A stretch of DNA of 61,663 nt, filler included, from Porpidia crustulata (lineage: Eukaryota): assembly GCA_964255105.1 (NCBI GenBank). It is 10 parts of 10 records of this genome, joined end to end, with 100 filler letters (N's around TTAATTAATTAA, not from the genome) between each part and the next. Parts side by side here need not be neighbours in the genome. Positions count along the whole stretch, not along the records: positions 37,127 to 43,195 come from CAXUWE010001640.1; positions 43,296 to 49,356 come from CAXUWE010001641.1; positions 49,457 to 55,510 come from CAXUWE010001642.1; 7 more parts are not named here. One strand, 5' to 3'. The notes under the pieces are model-generated. The model did no database searches, was not told where the DNA came from, and was given only the letters and a program-made list of their open reading frames with translations. Below, piece by piece: positions 38,312 through 51,429 of the stretch. A program made the position numbers and the translations under genes. The number at the start of each line of letters is the position of its first letter. The stretch's first letter is position 1.

Positions 38312-40157
38312 TTTACACGTTCCACAGATAAGAGGTCTATAATATATTGCCCTAATACACCAAGGCACGAGATGAGCTCACTCATCAGAAACTTCAGACG
38401 TCAAAATGAAATGTCAAAGATAACCGGCATCTTTCTGGTTTCTTTCCCGACGTTTTCGAAATACATAGATTTGATTGGCCTCCATCCAAGCTCAAGCTGA
38501 CACTCCGGGCCCAAATCGGATCGGTATTGCAACGACTTAGCTCCATGGCAAGGTAGCCAACTATCGGTCTGGTATTCGGAACGATTCCCATCACTACACG
38601 AGACAATGAATAATCATACGGAAGCTCATAATTGCTTACACAGTCATGTCGGCAGTTTTTTCTCGTGGCGCCAATACTGCTCGCAAAGCTAGTGGCCTTT
38701 GTCCATGGCAATGCCTAAGAGCAGCAATTATACTGCCTTCGATATGCGTTGTTGTTTGGCGTATGCAGGAACAAGAGAAGAGAGCAAGACTACGATGAGC
38801 CGTCCGCGTGGACGAGATTCTCTTACATAGCTATGACGCGATGGGATTCGCTCACTCCCTGCTGAGTGTCCTGTTGCTCCCGTATCGAGCCTTGCAGCGC
38901 AGGCACCTCAAATCCTTCTGCTTCATGTCAACGTATCTCTTCCATGAAGCTCGTTCATCTTATCATACTGCAATGGCTTAAGGCCGATAGATGCAACGTT
39001 TTCAAATTGTGTTCTCATCGATTTGACTTCGGTCAAAGATGTGTTTCTTTCACTCACTTACTTCGGTTGCTTGGAGATTTGGATGATCAAGAGGTGTGTG
39101 TCTGCATGCACAATTATACACATATAGAATCTTCTGGGATCAACTTAAGGATCTAGAAATATGTAGCAGGGGTTTAGGCTGAGCAAACACGCCCAATAGG
39201 ATCCTATCCAAAACAATCGAGGCAAAACAAGGCAAACAAGGGGTATTGAATAATCGTATATCGGCGAACGGGCAACATTACAGGTGCAAAAACTCGGCCG
39301 CAATATTCTGATTGTTTTCTTCAAGCCCGGAAGCAGGTCGGTGTGTCTCATGAGATTTACTACCTACAATCTCTTGGATGCAAACGAATCGAAAGAATAC
39401 ATGGGATGGGTTGCGAGGTACGTACAATACTGCGTAAACGCATAGTACCTTGCATCATTGAGAAGGCCGAGACTGGCGATAATTGATAATCAGGTACACA
39501 AGGTGACAAGGTGACAAGCTAGTTAAAGGCTAAAGCGCAATACGAAGGAGGCTGAGTAAGGCTGCGGCGTAAACTCTATGGAGCCAAACCAATCAGAACA
39601 TCGCTTAAAGATGCGACAAATGTCAGCCTCTAAGTCCGGCCTATCACCATACCTTAGCTTTGCATACCTTCAATGAAATACAAACATGCAATCGACGCCA
39701 AAGTCCAACGGTCTTGCACGACCGGGGGTAACCAGCGGCCGCGTAAATATTCGCGTTTGGAAGACCAGCCCATTGGGTAAGGTGGTAAGGTACCAGGGTT
39801 AAGACAGAATGCAGATGGATTGGCATTGGGGAGCTTGGCTGGGAGCAGGTAAGCATTGTAAGGTAATGTAGACTTCGCCTCTCTTGCATAAGAATCCGTG
39901 ATTCCATTTCAAGCAAAAAAGCCCGCGACTAAGTACGGAACACTAGTCGAAGGATGCAAATCGTTGTCAAGACTCGAAGTCATGGCATCAAGGTTATCAG
40001 CCCTCTTTTGCGGCTCAACGATGTTATGTCGTTATTGTGACCTTTCTTCTTTTCTTTCTTACGGTTCGATAAGTCACTCGTTCTCTTTTTTCGCCTTCGG
40101 ATTGCAGTGTGGTATCGACTTCAGCAGCGCGTCCAGATTGTCTTGCTGAGCTACGCT

Positions 40158-43153
40158 ATGTTGCTGTATCCAAAGACGGGATGGATTATGCACCGGTGGG
40201 CGTGGTTGATCGCTTGCACTCCGATCGGGGTTATGGCACAATTCAACTCGAGTATGTACATACCATACTCTATTTCTTTTGCAAGACTGACCGTCATATA
40301 GCAACTTATAATTACAATCGCACTTCTTCGTCTATGATTACAGCTCCTCCAATAATGACTGGAGTGACGAATAAAAACTGGAATTGCTCGCCATGTGCCA
40401 TCAACGTGGATGCAGGCGGACTCCAACGTATAGTTTGGTTTACTGAGACCATCAGTCTAAACCTTGACACTGTCTCAGTGTTCGTGACTACCTACAACGG
40501 ATCGAACTCCACAGCCATTACTAGTTATTCCACCATATACGGCGATATTGAAGCGGTCAATGCTTCCCAAGTACCAGCTGCGACATCAATATACCAGTAC
40601 TACATTTTCAACGCGGTAATGCAATATGGAGGCGGAGGGAGCATATATCTTGCAAGGGCAACCGATGGACGAATCAATTCCGCAGCATCGTATGCATGGC
40701 CAACACCTTATATGGAGATATCAGCTGTTGCGTACACAACCACCATACCCTTTAGTGATTGCCCTTCTGGTTTGCAACCTGTGACGACCAATATACTGAC
40801 CGATTATTTTTGCGGTTGTGCCTTGGATGGCACTAATCATGGAATAAACCCTTTGGAAACTAACTCAGGTCTCGCCACCACCAAAATCAATCTACCATCG
40901 AATCTCTACTTTCCAATATCACCAAAAGACTTCAATATGACTCTGCTTGAATCTAATATGCTTGATGAATTTGCGTATCTGAACTTTAGTGATCTTACGT
41001 CTTCGCTAGCGAAGCAACCCTGGGCTACGTCTCTTATTCCGAATATGCAGCAGTGCATTCAAGGTGGCATGCCTCAAGGTCCCCCTGGTGTCAAGATTCC
41101 AGTCTCAGCGCTTACAACAACGATCACAACTACCACGCATGGCATCAATTCGTTACCTCCTGCTTCCTTGCAAACAAGCAGCTCTTCTGCGCTACCAGGT
41201 CCAAGCCCAAATCCAATATCGACTCCGACCCCTACTACAAGTCCGAGCCCATCGACGAGTAATAGTCCTAATCCACAGCAAAGCTCGGAATCGCCCGGTA
41301 CGTCTCCAAGCAAGGAAAGTAGCGCTGTCATTGCTGGCGGCAGTAGCAGCGTTAGCAAGGCTGCTGGAGAATCCGCTGTGGCCGTGGGTAATCCAGCAAG
41401 CTCTCCGACTACTTCCCTTGCGATACAAAACAGTCCTACTTTAAACTCATTGAACAATGGGGTACCCAGCGCCCCTATCAACAGTTTGACACAGCCTAGT
41501 CCCTCATCAGTTATAGCCAGCGCTTTACCAGTAACTCAGGCAGTGGTAGCAAGTCAAACCATCCCTCTCCCGTCTTCCGCAGTCTCTCAACTCGTCGTTG
41601 CAGGGACCACATTGGCCGCCGCTGGCCCTGCTGCTACTATGGGAGATCAAGTGGTCTCTCTGCAATCAAGCGCTTTAATTGTCGGTACTTCCACCCATTT
41701 GTTCGTTCCATCTGGAGAACCAACGGCTGTCACGACTATTGGTAATTATATTGTTCACTCGGTGCCAGATAAAAGCGCCCTTGTTGTTGCTGGCTCCACC
41801 TTGAATCCAGGTGCTTCTGCCGTTACCATTGCTGGAACGGCAATCTCACTGGGCTCTTCCAACCTCGTCATCGGATCCAGTACAATAGCCCTTTCTTACC
41901 CCCCTCAAGAAGAGTCTTATGCGAATTCAGCTCAACAAGCTGGTTCCTATCCGACTGAAGTTGTGACACTAGGACATACAATCACACAAGGAGCTCCTGC
42001 TATCACGGTCTCGGGAACTCCCATCTCCTTGGGCTCTTCAGGCCTTGCGATAGGCTCTACAATGATCTCTCTTCCATTTGTTACTCCATACCCATCCGAA
42101 TATGTAACACTAGGCCACACCATCACCCAAGGCGCTCCCGCCATTACGGTCTCGGGTACGCCTATCTCTCTGGGCTCTTCAGGCCTAGCGATAGGTTCTA
42201 CCACAATTTCTCTTTCACCTGCTGCATCTCCCGCCATCTTCACCGCCGCAGGGCAAGTCATTACTCCTCTTTCCAACGGCGGTGTCATCGTTGCGGGCAA
42301 AACGATTGCCCCAGGGGCGCCTGCAGTCACAGTCTCGGGCACGCCCATCTCCCTGGGCTCTTCGGGGCTCGCAATAGGTTCTACGACGATCAGTCTTCCT
42401 TCGACCACCTCACAGGCAGTCTTCACCGTCGCAGGCCAAGCCATAACTCCCCTTCCAAACGGCGTCATCATCGCGGGCCAAACGCTCTTACCAGGCGCAC
42501 CCGCCATCACCGCATCCGGAGCCGTCATATCCCTCAGTCCATCAAACCTCGTCATCGGTACCTCAACCATCGCTCTATTGACGACCTACTCCCCCCAGCC
42601 CACCGGCTTTACCCTCGGCGGTCAAACCTTCACCATCTCCCGCGCCGCAGTAGCCATCTACGGCACCACACTAACGCCCGGCGCCCCAGCGACCACAATC
42701 GACGGCACCCTCATCTCCCTCGGGGCCTCGCAACTCGTCATCGGCAGCAGCACCTACGCCCTCCCCACGACTGCAAGTCTTCTCACACTCGCCAACGGAG
42801 ACGTCTTCACCGTCAACCCCGTCGAAGGCGTACAGATTTCCGGATCCACGCTCTTGGAAGGCGGGTCCGCACTCACGGTCGGCGGAACCAGAATCTCCCT
42901 TGGCACGGGTGGGGTGGTTGTGGGTGATAGCACAGTGGTAGCGCAGACGACACAGCAAGGGGTCGGAGGAGCCATCATGGCGGGTTTCGGCCCGTCGTCC
43001 TCGACAGCGGGAGCGGTGGCTGCGAATGGGACGGTAACGGGGCAACTTGCGACGTTTTCGGGGAGAGCGGCGACGTTCAAGAGGTGGGACGGGTTGGTCG
43101 CGGGGGTCGCGGGGGTCGCGGGCGTGGTTGGTGTTTTAATCGTATGGGTTTGA
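40158..43153 (+). CDS. Secreted Ser/Thr-rich repeat cell-wall protein, probably GPI-anchored (adhesin/mucin-like)
   Basis: Signal-peptide exon (MLLYP.. or MHRWAWLIACTPIGVMAQ from 40188) spliced through intron 40252-40301 in frame into ORF 40109-43153. Cys-containing N-terminal domain, S/T/P linker, repeats GxTxTxGAPAITVSGTPISLGSSGLAIG, hydrophobic C-terminus. Confidence 0.85.
41963..42214 (+). repeat. Intragenic tandem repeat, 141-nt period
   Basis: 41963-42073 and 42104-42214 both encode VTLGHTITQGAPAITVSGTPISLGSSGLAIGST.ISL; further diverged copies flank them. Confidence 0.9.
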
Positions 43154-43195
43154 GCGATAAGCATTAGCGTATTGTGATTCTTCTTTATATAACAC

Positions 43196-43295
43196 NNNNN
43201 NNNNNNNNNNNNNNNNNNNNNNNNNNNNNNNNNNNNNNNTTAATTAATTAANNNNNNNNNNNNNNNNNNNNNNNNNNNNNNNNNNNNNNNNNNNN
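43196..43295. other. Artificial contig spacer
   Basis: Same 100-nt spacer. Confidence 0.99.
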
Positions 43296-44790
43296 TCACC
43301 GGACTTACCGGTACGAACATACGTTCGCATCGTCTTTGCCGGTGCCATCTCATAGCCTCGCCCGCCTGCCCCATCCCTCCCATTCTCCAGATCTGCATAT
43401 CTTGCCCCCTTGGCCTTCCTATTCGATCGATCCGAGCCCAAATGTTTCTCGCGCGTGGAGGCGTAGCGTTGGGAGGAAAAGGGGGAGGAGAAGATGGATG
43501 TAAGGTTCTCCCAGATGGGCATGTGGCGGAGGAGATTCGACATTGATGGCTTGCGAAGCTTTTTGTCAACACGGATTGGAGCACCGTTGGCGGAAATCGG
43601 CATACCATGCAGCTCGCAATCACACCCACACAAATCTCAACCAGTCTATATGTTAATCAGCGTCGAAGCTCACTAGGATGGGCTCGGGAGCGACGAGACG
43701 ACAAGGCTGGAGTTGCTCACCCTGTCAACAGGATAGGCATTGTTTCGTATGTTACATCTGCAACGCCTCCCCGATAGTCAAGCTTCCATTTGTAATAGAT
43801 GGCCAGCGAGGATGCGATACACGCCCTGGCGCAATTGTCAGCCGTCTGCCGGAGCGTGGAGCCAATGTTTGGCGGTAAGCATGACGGACAAGAAGCCGGT
43901 TAGGAAAACCATTATCACACCAATCTTTCGCTTCCGCGAGAGCTGGAGCTGTCGCACTCCCGCAATGGGTAGCACCAGAATGTAGACATCAAGGACTAAG
44001 CCCACGCACGCAATGCCCACTGTCGCCTTGAGGATTGCTTCATGCCCCGGCCGCTGAGAAGCCTGCTGCCACGATTGGCCCGGGGTAGGCGCTGTCAAGA
44101 CAAGTGTGAAGATGACCACCGCCAAGTAGAATGTTGATGTGACGGCCAGGCCCGCGTAAGAGCAGTATCGAAGCCATTTCATGGGGCGAAAAATTTGTAG
44201 GTAGAGCAGGAAGAAGGTGATTTTCGCGAAAGCAATGAAGAAGAAGAAGGTCCAATTGGTGAAGAATCCCGTCTATGAATCGGCACGTCAACACCCCTCT
44301 ACGCCGGTCAAGACGTCTTGCCGCGTATTTCTTACAATGAGGAAGTTATCGCTGAAAAGATCGGCCAGTGTGAGATCCCACATGTGTGTTCCGAATTTCC
44401 CAACTCTGACAGCTATAAGAAGTCAGCCTTGTCTAAAGTCATCAGGTATCTCAGTCTAACATACCAAAACAATCGATGATGAAATACAAAATCGCACCAA
44501 TCGCAGCAATAATGCAAGTATCTATTCACATCAGCTCCTGTTCTTTGGACTTTTGCTTTCATGCTTACAGCCTTCTACTCACAGTCATCCGGGCTCGATT
44601 TGCCTACGATACTAATCTTTGTGTAGATTCTGACCGCGACAAAGACTAACATGAGCCCCACGAGCACAGAACCCACCGCAATCAAAGTTGGGCCATTGCT
44701 GTAAGGATTGACAAGATTGGGAAGAACTCCTGATGGAGGACTGCCAGCAGGTGTTATCGCAAGCTCTTGAGGAGTCATTGCTTGCGCCAT
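43296..44790 (-). CDS. PTH11-like (fungal rhodopsin-domain) integral membrane protein without CFEM; 3' end cut by contig end
   Basis: PPSGVLPNLVNP, VAVRIYTK..DD, GTHMWD, KITFFLLYLQIF, DVYILVLPIAGVRQLQLSRKRKIGV, VIASCM(P); several introns. Confidence 0.85.
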
Positions 44791-45637
44791 GCTTGCTATA
44801 TAGGTGATTCAGTGGATGGCATGAAGCCGTAGCAGCGAAAAGACAAACTGGGTTGAAAAGGTGGGAACAAGACGGCGATCGATAGAAGCCGATGGCGCGT
44901 GTGGCAAAGCAGTGGAGGACTGCAATAGCACGGTCTCGCGATGGAGTGAGGTGTGCGGCAGCCAAGGCTTTCTGCATCCATGTCACATGCAAGTGCATGA
45001 CTCCCCTGCATGCTGAGCCGTATGCTCGTTTCCACCGCTACTCCCATCCACCACGCTCTTGTCCTGACTTCTGACAAGGAAGCGATAAAACGCCGTCGAT
45101 AAACCTAATAGTGAATGCTGCCTAGAATGCAGCCACGCACGGCTGGCTGCAAGTCAGCGTCTATGTATCTCACTCACGCCACGTATCTCTCAGTGGACAT
45201 ACTGACTCCCGCTAAAACCCTGGTATCCTAGTGTCCTGGTGTCCTGGTCTGAGCTTTTGCGGAACAATAATCCTTCCTTAAACTTCAACGTTTTACTTTC
45301 ACTGAGCCCGCCAATTACCACCCTGACTGATCGGAGTGGCTGCAGTGCGGGACTTGTAATCCTCCATCGGAAGCCAATTACTGTCCGTGTCTCTCTCGTA
45401 GAAGGCGCAGCTTTCTATACCATCGACTGCTTACGGCCTTTGGAATTGACTGCGTCTTCCTGAAGTATGATTTAAGTCATTCCTCCGACGATCGAGCGGT
45501 GAACTAACTTGATGCGGTGTGACAATGGGATTTGTCTCCGTAGCACTCCGAAGTCCTCTTGACCAAATACTGGAACATGGGCAGCACATTGCATTGCAAA
45601 TCAGACCTCCTTACTTCTCTTCTTGGACTCATAGACA

Positions 45638-47565
45638 ATGATCGAATATCGTTCCTGGAATTATACCTTTGGCTCTCCTCTTAGATTCTGTCTCCTACAA
45701 GCCAAATTTTTACGAGATGTTCAAATTCACAAGTTATCACAGCTCCCAGCGTTCTTCGTTGTCGTAGGAGCGGCTTTGCTGCTGATCTCATGGAGGTTGT
45801 GGAGATTTACTATCGTTCCATGGCTCTATCCGTCCGAGCCCAAAGAGCTTCCCTACAGGACACCAAGTAAGCGGGATAATTCTCCAAGTAGGTAGTGGGG
45901 CCTGGCACACTGATCTCCGGGCATTTCTAGGTAAATCCTTACCGCCGTGACTCAGTAGGGCTTCTGGGGAGCGCGATTTGTTAAATCGGCTTTCGTGCCT
46001 TACAGGACATGCGGTAGGATTTTGCATGGACTCTTATCAGGTTTTAGACAGAGGTCGGTAAGTCTTATCCTAAAGTCCAGGCGCACCAAAAAATTCGCTT
46101 CCAACACAGTCTACAGAAAGTATTTCCATAACTCCAAGCAACCGTTCGCGATTACCGTAGCAGGGTAATGCATATACATTGTCACTTCTCCAGACGATGT
46201 TCGAGCCTTGTACAAGCAAACCAGCACGCTCTCATGGCTCCGTTATGTCCAGGACCTCTACCGTTGGATCGGCATATCTCAAGTCAGTATAGACAGACTA
46301 TGGATAGCATCCCAACGGCAGAAAGCTGTTCCAAATCCTCCACGAGCCAGGGCTCCGGTTGAAAAGATTTCCGATCTTCGAGATGAAGAGCTACATCTAG
46401 GGAAGAGCCTGGACTAACTTTCCAAACGAGTCATAGACGGCATTAGCGACGCCATGCGCGTTCAGCATGACAGGTCTTTTATCATAGAGCGTCTCCATCC
46501 CGACTCGGTCAAGGTGTCGCTCATGGATTGAACAGCGCATGTATTCATTCACACCACCACAGAAGTTTATTGGGGGAAATAAATCTTTCAAATTACTCCT
46601 GATCTAATGAATTCTTTTCTGAGGTGGGAGCAGACGAACTGGAAATATATATTTCAGCTGCCACGCTACTTCGACGAAGACCTGTATGCTGCGAAGGAAC
46701 AGCTTATTGATGCGTCCACCGCATATTTCAATCAGTCGCAAGCAGAGAGACCTGACTCTATTCATTCCCTATCAGCTTCCGAGGTAGAGATGAGAAAAAT
46801 CGACCTTAAAAACGATGAGATCGCCAAAGTCAACATGCTAACGCATTGGGCGTAAGTTAGTCTTGTTGCTTTTATTATCAGGCTACCCGCTACTTGAAGA
46901 TACCTGTGCCTGACCCGTCAATAGTATCAATGGCAATATCCATAAGGTAACATTCTGGGTCCTGTCGTACGTCTTGCACGATCCTAGGCTGCTAGAACTC
47001 ATAACAGTGGAGACAGCCCTCGGAGTAGTCAACGACATACCGAACGTGGACTACTTTGACTCAAAACTGCCCCAGGCTAGAATCAATCTTTCTCGAAGTC
47101 CTTCGCTTGACAATGTCTAGCTCTTTGATGCGCTACGTGACCGAACCCACCATAATCGGTAACAAGTTACTGCGAAAAAATCGCAATGTCATGGTCCCCT
47201 ACCGGCAGCTTCACTTCAGCCAAGACGCGTGGGGTAAGACCGTGTATAAGTTCGATGCCGAACGCTTTTATCGAGACAAGGAGTTGGCTCAAAGCCCTAG
47301 CTTCAGGCCGTTCGGTGGCGGCCAGCATTTGTGTCCTGGCCGCCTTCTTGCAAAGAATGCGGTATTCTCCTTCATTGCTCTAGCGCTGTCGCGGTACGAG
47401 ATTTGTCTTGATGATGGCTTGACTGAAGAGAAGAGAGCCAGTGGACATTTAGATGGTAGGCAGCGATTTCCAAGACCAGATGTGTCGAAACCGGGGCTTG
47501 GGACAATGGCGCCGGTTACTGGGGATGAGGTCATTCTGCAGATTCGTTCTCGAACGAGCATTTGA
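45638..47565 (+). pseudogene. CYP7/CYP8-like cytochrome P450 pseudogene
   Basis: EPKELPY, WA/INGN I-helix, EVLRL, FDAERF, FGGGQHLCPG. In-frame stops at 46166, 46415, 46529 and 46580, and a +1 frameshift at ~47055. Confidence 0.88.
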
Positions 47566-48278
47566 GGGGATCTGGTGTCCCTACCTGGGACAATCTTTCA
47601 TGTAGCTTGGATTCTAGTATGTGGTTGACTGCTAGCGAGTGTAATCGCCCGAAGGTCTCCCAATACGTAAAGCTTCCCGAATGAGCAAGCCTGACATCGG
47701 AGCACACATGCATCATTTCAGCCCAATGCGCCTGGTAGAAAGGTGTGTTCGCAGGTAGGCTTCTCCAACCTCTAAGATCTTGCTGTACCTACCTACGTTC
47801 CAACTCAACTCATGAGCGCTGTTGCCCTTTCCGCTTCAGGTTACATCAGGGTATCAACCACGCACGAATAGGCAGGCATGTAGGTATGCTTTCAGATTTG
47901 TGACGTGTTGAGCGCGTTCCCCTTACCCATACACATCCCTAGTTCGGCCACCATACAAAGGGTCAGGGTTACAGGATTGAGACCAAGAAAGCGTGGCCGA
48001 ACTAGGGGTGTATGTAGGTGACCTTGGCATGCGCTCCCTGTATAAGTTGACCACCGGCTCCATAGTTGCCGTACGTATGTTTGTCGCAATTCTACGGAGA
48101 CGAGGACAAAATTGCTGTGGGTACTCTAGAAGTGTCAGCCAAGCCTCCATAGAATTAGGCCATCGTAAACAGTCCTAAATCTCCAGCACATCCGTCACTC
48201 ACGACAAATATGATACTCCATTGGATATGGCAACCTTGATAGCCTAGAAGCCCCTTTTTAACAAAAGACATCAGTCAA

Positions 48279-49356
48279 ATGTGGAGGCGAGCTTATTTAC
48301 TGCTCTTAGTGGTCAGACTCTATTTTGCCGTCTCGCCAAGCTACATTCATCCAGATGAGAATTTTCAAGGCCCGGAAGTCATCGCTGGTAAGCAACCGAG
48401 AACCCTTTCCTCCTGACCAACTTGCCCACCAAATGCAAAGATCTGTGGAGCCATGTCTGGGGCTTCATGCACCTGCATGAGGCTGGATTGAGACTGAGGC
48501 TCGGTCGCCAATGCTGCCTTTCAACCCTCCAATCCGCTGATACCGCGAAACATCGCAGGCGAAATCTTCTCCTTTCCATACCACAGGACATGGGAATTCA
48601 CGTCCGACCATCCCGTGCGGAGTGTCTTCCCGCTATGGCCGGTCTACGGCCTACCGATGCTTGTACTCCGATGGGTATGGACGGAGACTGGGAAAGAGGA
48701 GGTGGCACCGGAGATTATATACTACGCGCTGCGAATCCTCATGTTCATCCTAAGCTTCGTGCTCGAAGACTGGGCGATCCATGAGCTGGTTCAATCGCCT
48801 CGACAGCGACGACTGGCTGTAGTACTGGTGGCTTCCTCCTTTGTCACATGGACTTACCAAACCCATACGTTCTCCAACTCGATCGAGACGTTGGTCGTCG
48901 TATGGAGTTTAGTCATGATACAGCGGATCCTTGACAACAAGGTCTGTTCCCCAACTTCTCGATTTATCAAGAACTCACTACTGACGAACCCTCAGCACCG
49001 TTCCTCCGTCGTTTCCTCGGCGCTCCTAGGATCCCTGATAACCTTCGGCACCTTCACCCGCATCACCTTCCCCGCCTTCCTGCTCGCTCCAGGGCTATAC
49101 CTCCTCCCCCACTTCATCCGCAAACCCTTCTCTCTTCTCGCCCTATCAGCAACTACCGCCGCCACAGCCGGTCTCGCTATAGCAGTAGACACAAATTTTT
49201 ACCGCCCTTCAACGAACCCAATCACGTTCCTCCAGCAACTCTTCTCCAACCCGATCATCACACCCCTAAACTCCCTCATCTACAATACCTCCAAGTCCAA
49301 TCTCTCCCTCCACGGCCTCCATCCCCTCTATACCCACTTCCTCGTCTCCCTGCCCC
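48279..49356 (+). CDS. SMP3: GPI mannosyltransferase 4 (Smp3/PIG-Z, Alg9-like family), 5' part
   Basis: [73 protein letters not shown]; introns at ~48388-48558 and 48942-48995. Confidence 0.9.
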
Positions 49357-49456
49357 NNNNNNNNNNNNNNNNNNNNNNNNNNNNNNNNNNNNNNNNNNNN
49401 TTAATTAATTAANNNNNNNNNNNNNNNNNNNNNNNNNNNNNNNNNNNNNNNNNNNN
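49357..49456. other. Artificial contig spacer
   Basis: Same 100-nt spacer. Confidence 0.99.
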
Positions 49457-50156
49457 TCTGGAGGGAGGGAAGGCGTCAAGGGTTGAGAGGAATGGAAAGA
49501 CTAAGAAGGATCCGAGCGGAGGCGGCGGTGGCGCGGGGGGAGGTGGTGCTGGGCGAGGAAGTGCGAAGGCTTGATTTTACAGATCCGCATCGGCATTCAA
49601 TATCCGTACGCCATCTCCTGAAACAGCATCACAAACAGCTATCAAGAACGCGCGGACAAACACGGACGGTTTATTTCAAGTAGCTGTGAAAACAAACGCA
49701 CGGATGTTGGCGAATAAATTTCGAGTTTCAAACAGTGTATGATAGTGTATAATAGATAGTTTTCGGTTTTCTTCTCATTTTCTTACTTGCGATGGGTGTG
49801 GTTGGAAGAGTTGGAATGTTGGATAATTGTGCGGGCATTAATAAATAGACGACAAGCTGGATTGAACATCTTTCTTGTATTAGATTGATATGATTTCGGT
49901 TGTCAATTAAGTCTTTGGTTGTTTCGAATGCTGTGCTGTTGAAGGCCAGTGCCTTGGAAGCTTCTCTTTGGCTGTCGGGGGGATGCGTGACGGTCTAAAG
50001 AGTTCAGCTATCGTCGTTTCACCCACGCTTCAAGGAAGCCCTTCGTCCATCTGTAATCAATCTAACTCTTCCCATCTATACTTCCCACGTCCTCTCCCCT
50101 CCCGATAGCCCGCATCCTGCATCCGATATTGCTCCATACCTCCAATCAACACCAGA

Positions 50157-50638
50157 CTAGCTTTCAACAAACTCGTTACTGCTGCTTGAAAAAAATAGAT
50201 GATTTCGTATCGATAAGGATCTTATCTGCAAAGGACCATTGCCGAAAAGCACAACCTCAGAGGAGAAAGGAGATTTTCTGCCGAAGCAGCTGGTAAAGCG
50301 GAGGTTCTGTAGCTTCGTAATGTTATCCGTTTCTAGAATTTTAGTTGCATGGTTGTTCTCGGATGTGGCACGCATGTTGTATGTATTTTTTTGAGATGCT
50401 GAGGCAGCTTTTCCGTGGTGATAACTCGCTTTTCTCGATGATTTAAGCGAGTATAGTCATCTGCGATTACTGACACAGCCGTGACAAGCTCGATTATTCC
50501 AAAGTAGAGGCACGCTTGCAACGTTGATGCTCTTTGCGTAGACGAGTTGCGGCCGATCCAGGGGGTTTCAAGCCACCCTGATAAAATAGAATGGTCTTGC
50601 TCGTTCTGACCGATATAGTTCAAGTCATCGGTCTTCAT
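50157..50638 (-). pseudogene. Remnant of a HET-domain-associated protein N-terminus
   Basis: LQACLYFGIIELV...DDY...ITTEKL resembles the LQxWLFFGLL..DF..ITT.L segment upstream of fungal HET domains; broken frames, no HET core visible. Confidence 0.4.
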
Positions 50639-51429
50639 CTTCGATGCAGACCACCCTTAGCGTTTGAAAAACTTGACCTAACATGAATACACATATGGGC
50701 AAATCTCATCAAGATGACTGGGAGCCTTCGTGTGCAGAAAACAGGGCGAGGCAGCTAGTGAGTGATAAATAATGCGAAGACAATTTCTCAAGGCCGGCTG
50801 TTGTAGGCGCGAAAGCAGATGGGATCATAATCGAAGACTTTTAAAATTCAAAGACCTTCTCGATAGCCTGCGCAAGATAGCGAACAGTAACCGACAGCGC
50901 TTGTTGAAACTGCCATACAAGTATTAATTATACTCCTCTCCCAACGGGACACACTCCTTAACGAAACACGCTAAAGCTCTACTCGTCTTCATCTTTAAGG
51001 TAATTCGATCACGCTCGCTTTGAATCGCTACCACTTGATGCATTGACTGAGCTAGCGACGAATACGAGCAGATTTAGAATCATGAAGATTTAATTACTAC
51101 CTAGATCAAAAAATCAACAAATTTTCAACGATTTACTACTCATTCAAACTGAATCCAATGATGTTCAAAGGAAAACGAGTTTTAGAATTCTAACAGATAA
51201 ACCACTGGCACATGAATAAATGAAAAAATCAAAATACTGTTTACGTATAACTCATTCGTCAACAAAACGAGACAGCAGCCAAAGTAAGTGTCGTTGAAAA
51301 TATGCTTGTCATAAATTCTCACCCTAAGGGAACTCATAACCTGCCTTAAGCCTGTGCTCTATGTCTTGGTGTGGCGACGAGCGTTGTTCTCGAAAAAGAA
51401 ATGCTCACAAGGCAAACGCTTTTACCGTC

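Noticed and set aside
38400..39130. Possible decayed MFS transporter on the minus strand
   Set aside because: Resemblance too weak and fragmented to support
41074..43164. Long antisense ORFs over the wall-protein, WW and YTA7 genes
   Set aside because: Shadow ORFs caused by codon bias of the sense gene
45219..45250. Short 8-bp tandem repeat (CCTGGTGT-like), and similar ones at ~25901-25925 and ~39497-39518
   Set aside because: Two to four copies of short units are expected from slippage; no spacers, so not CRISPR-like
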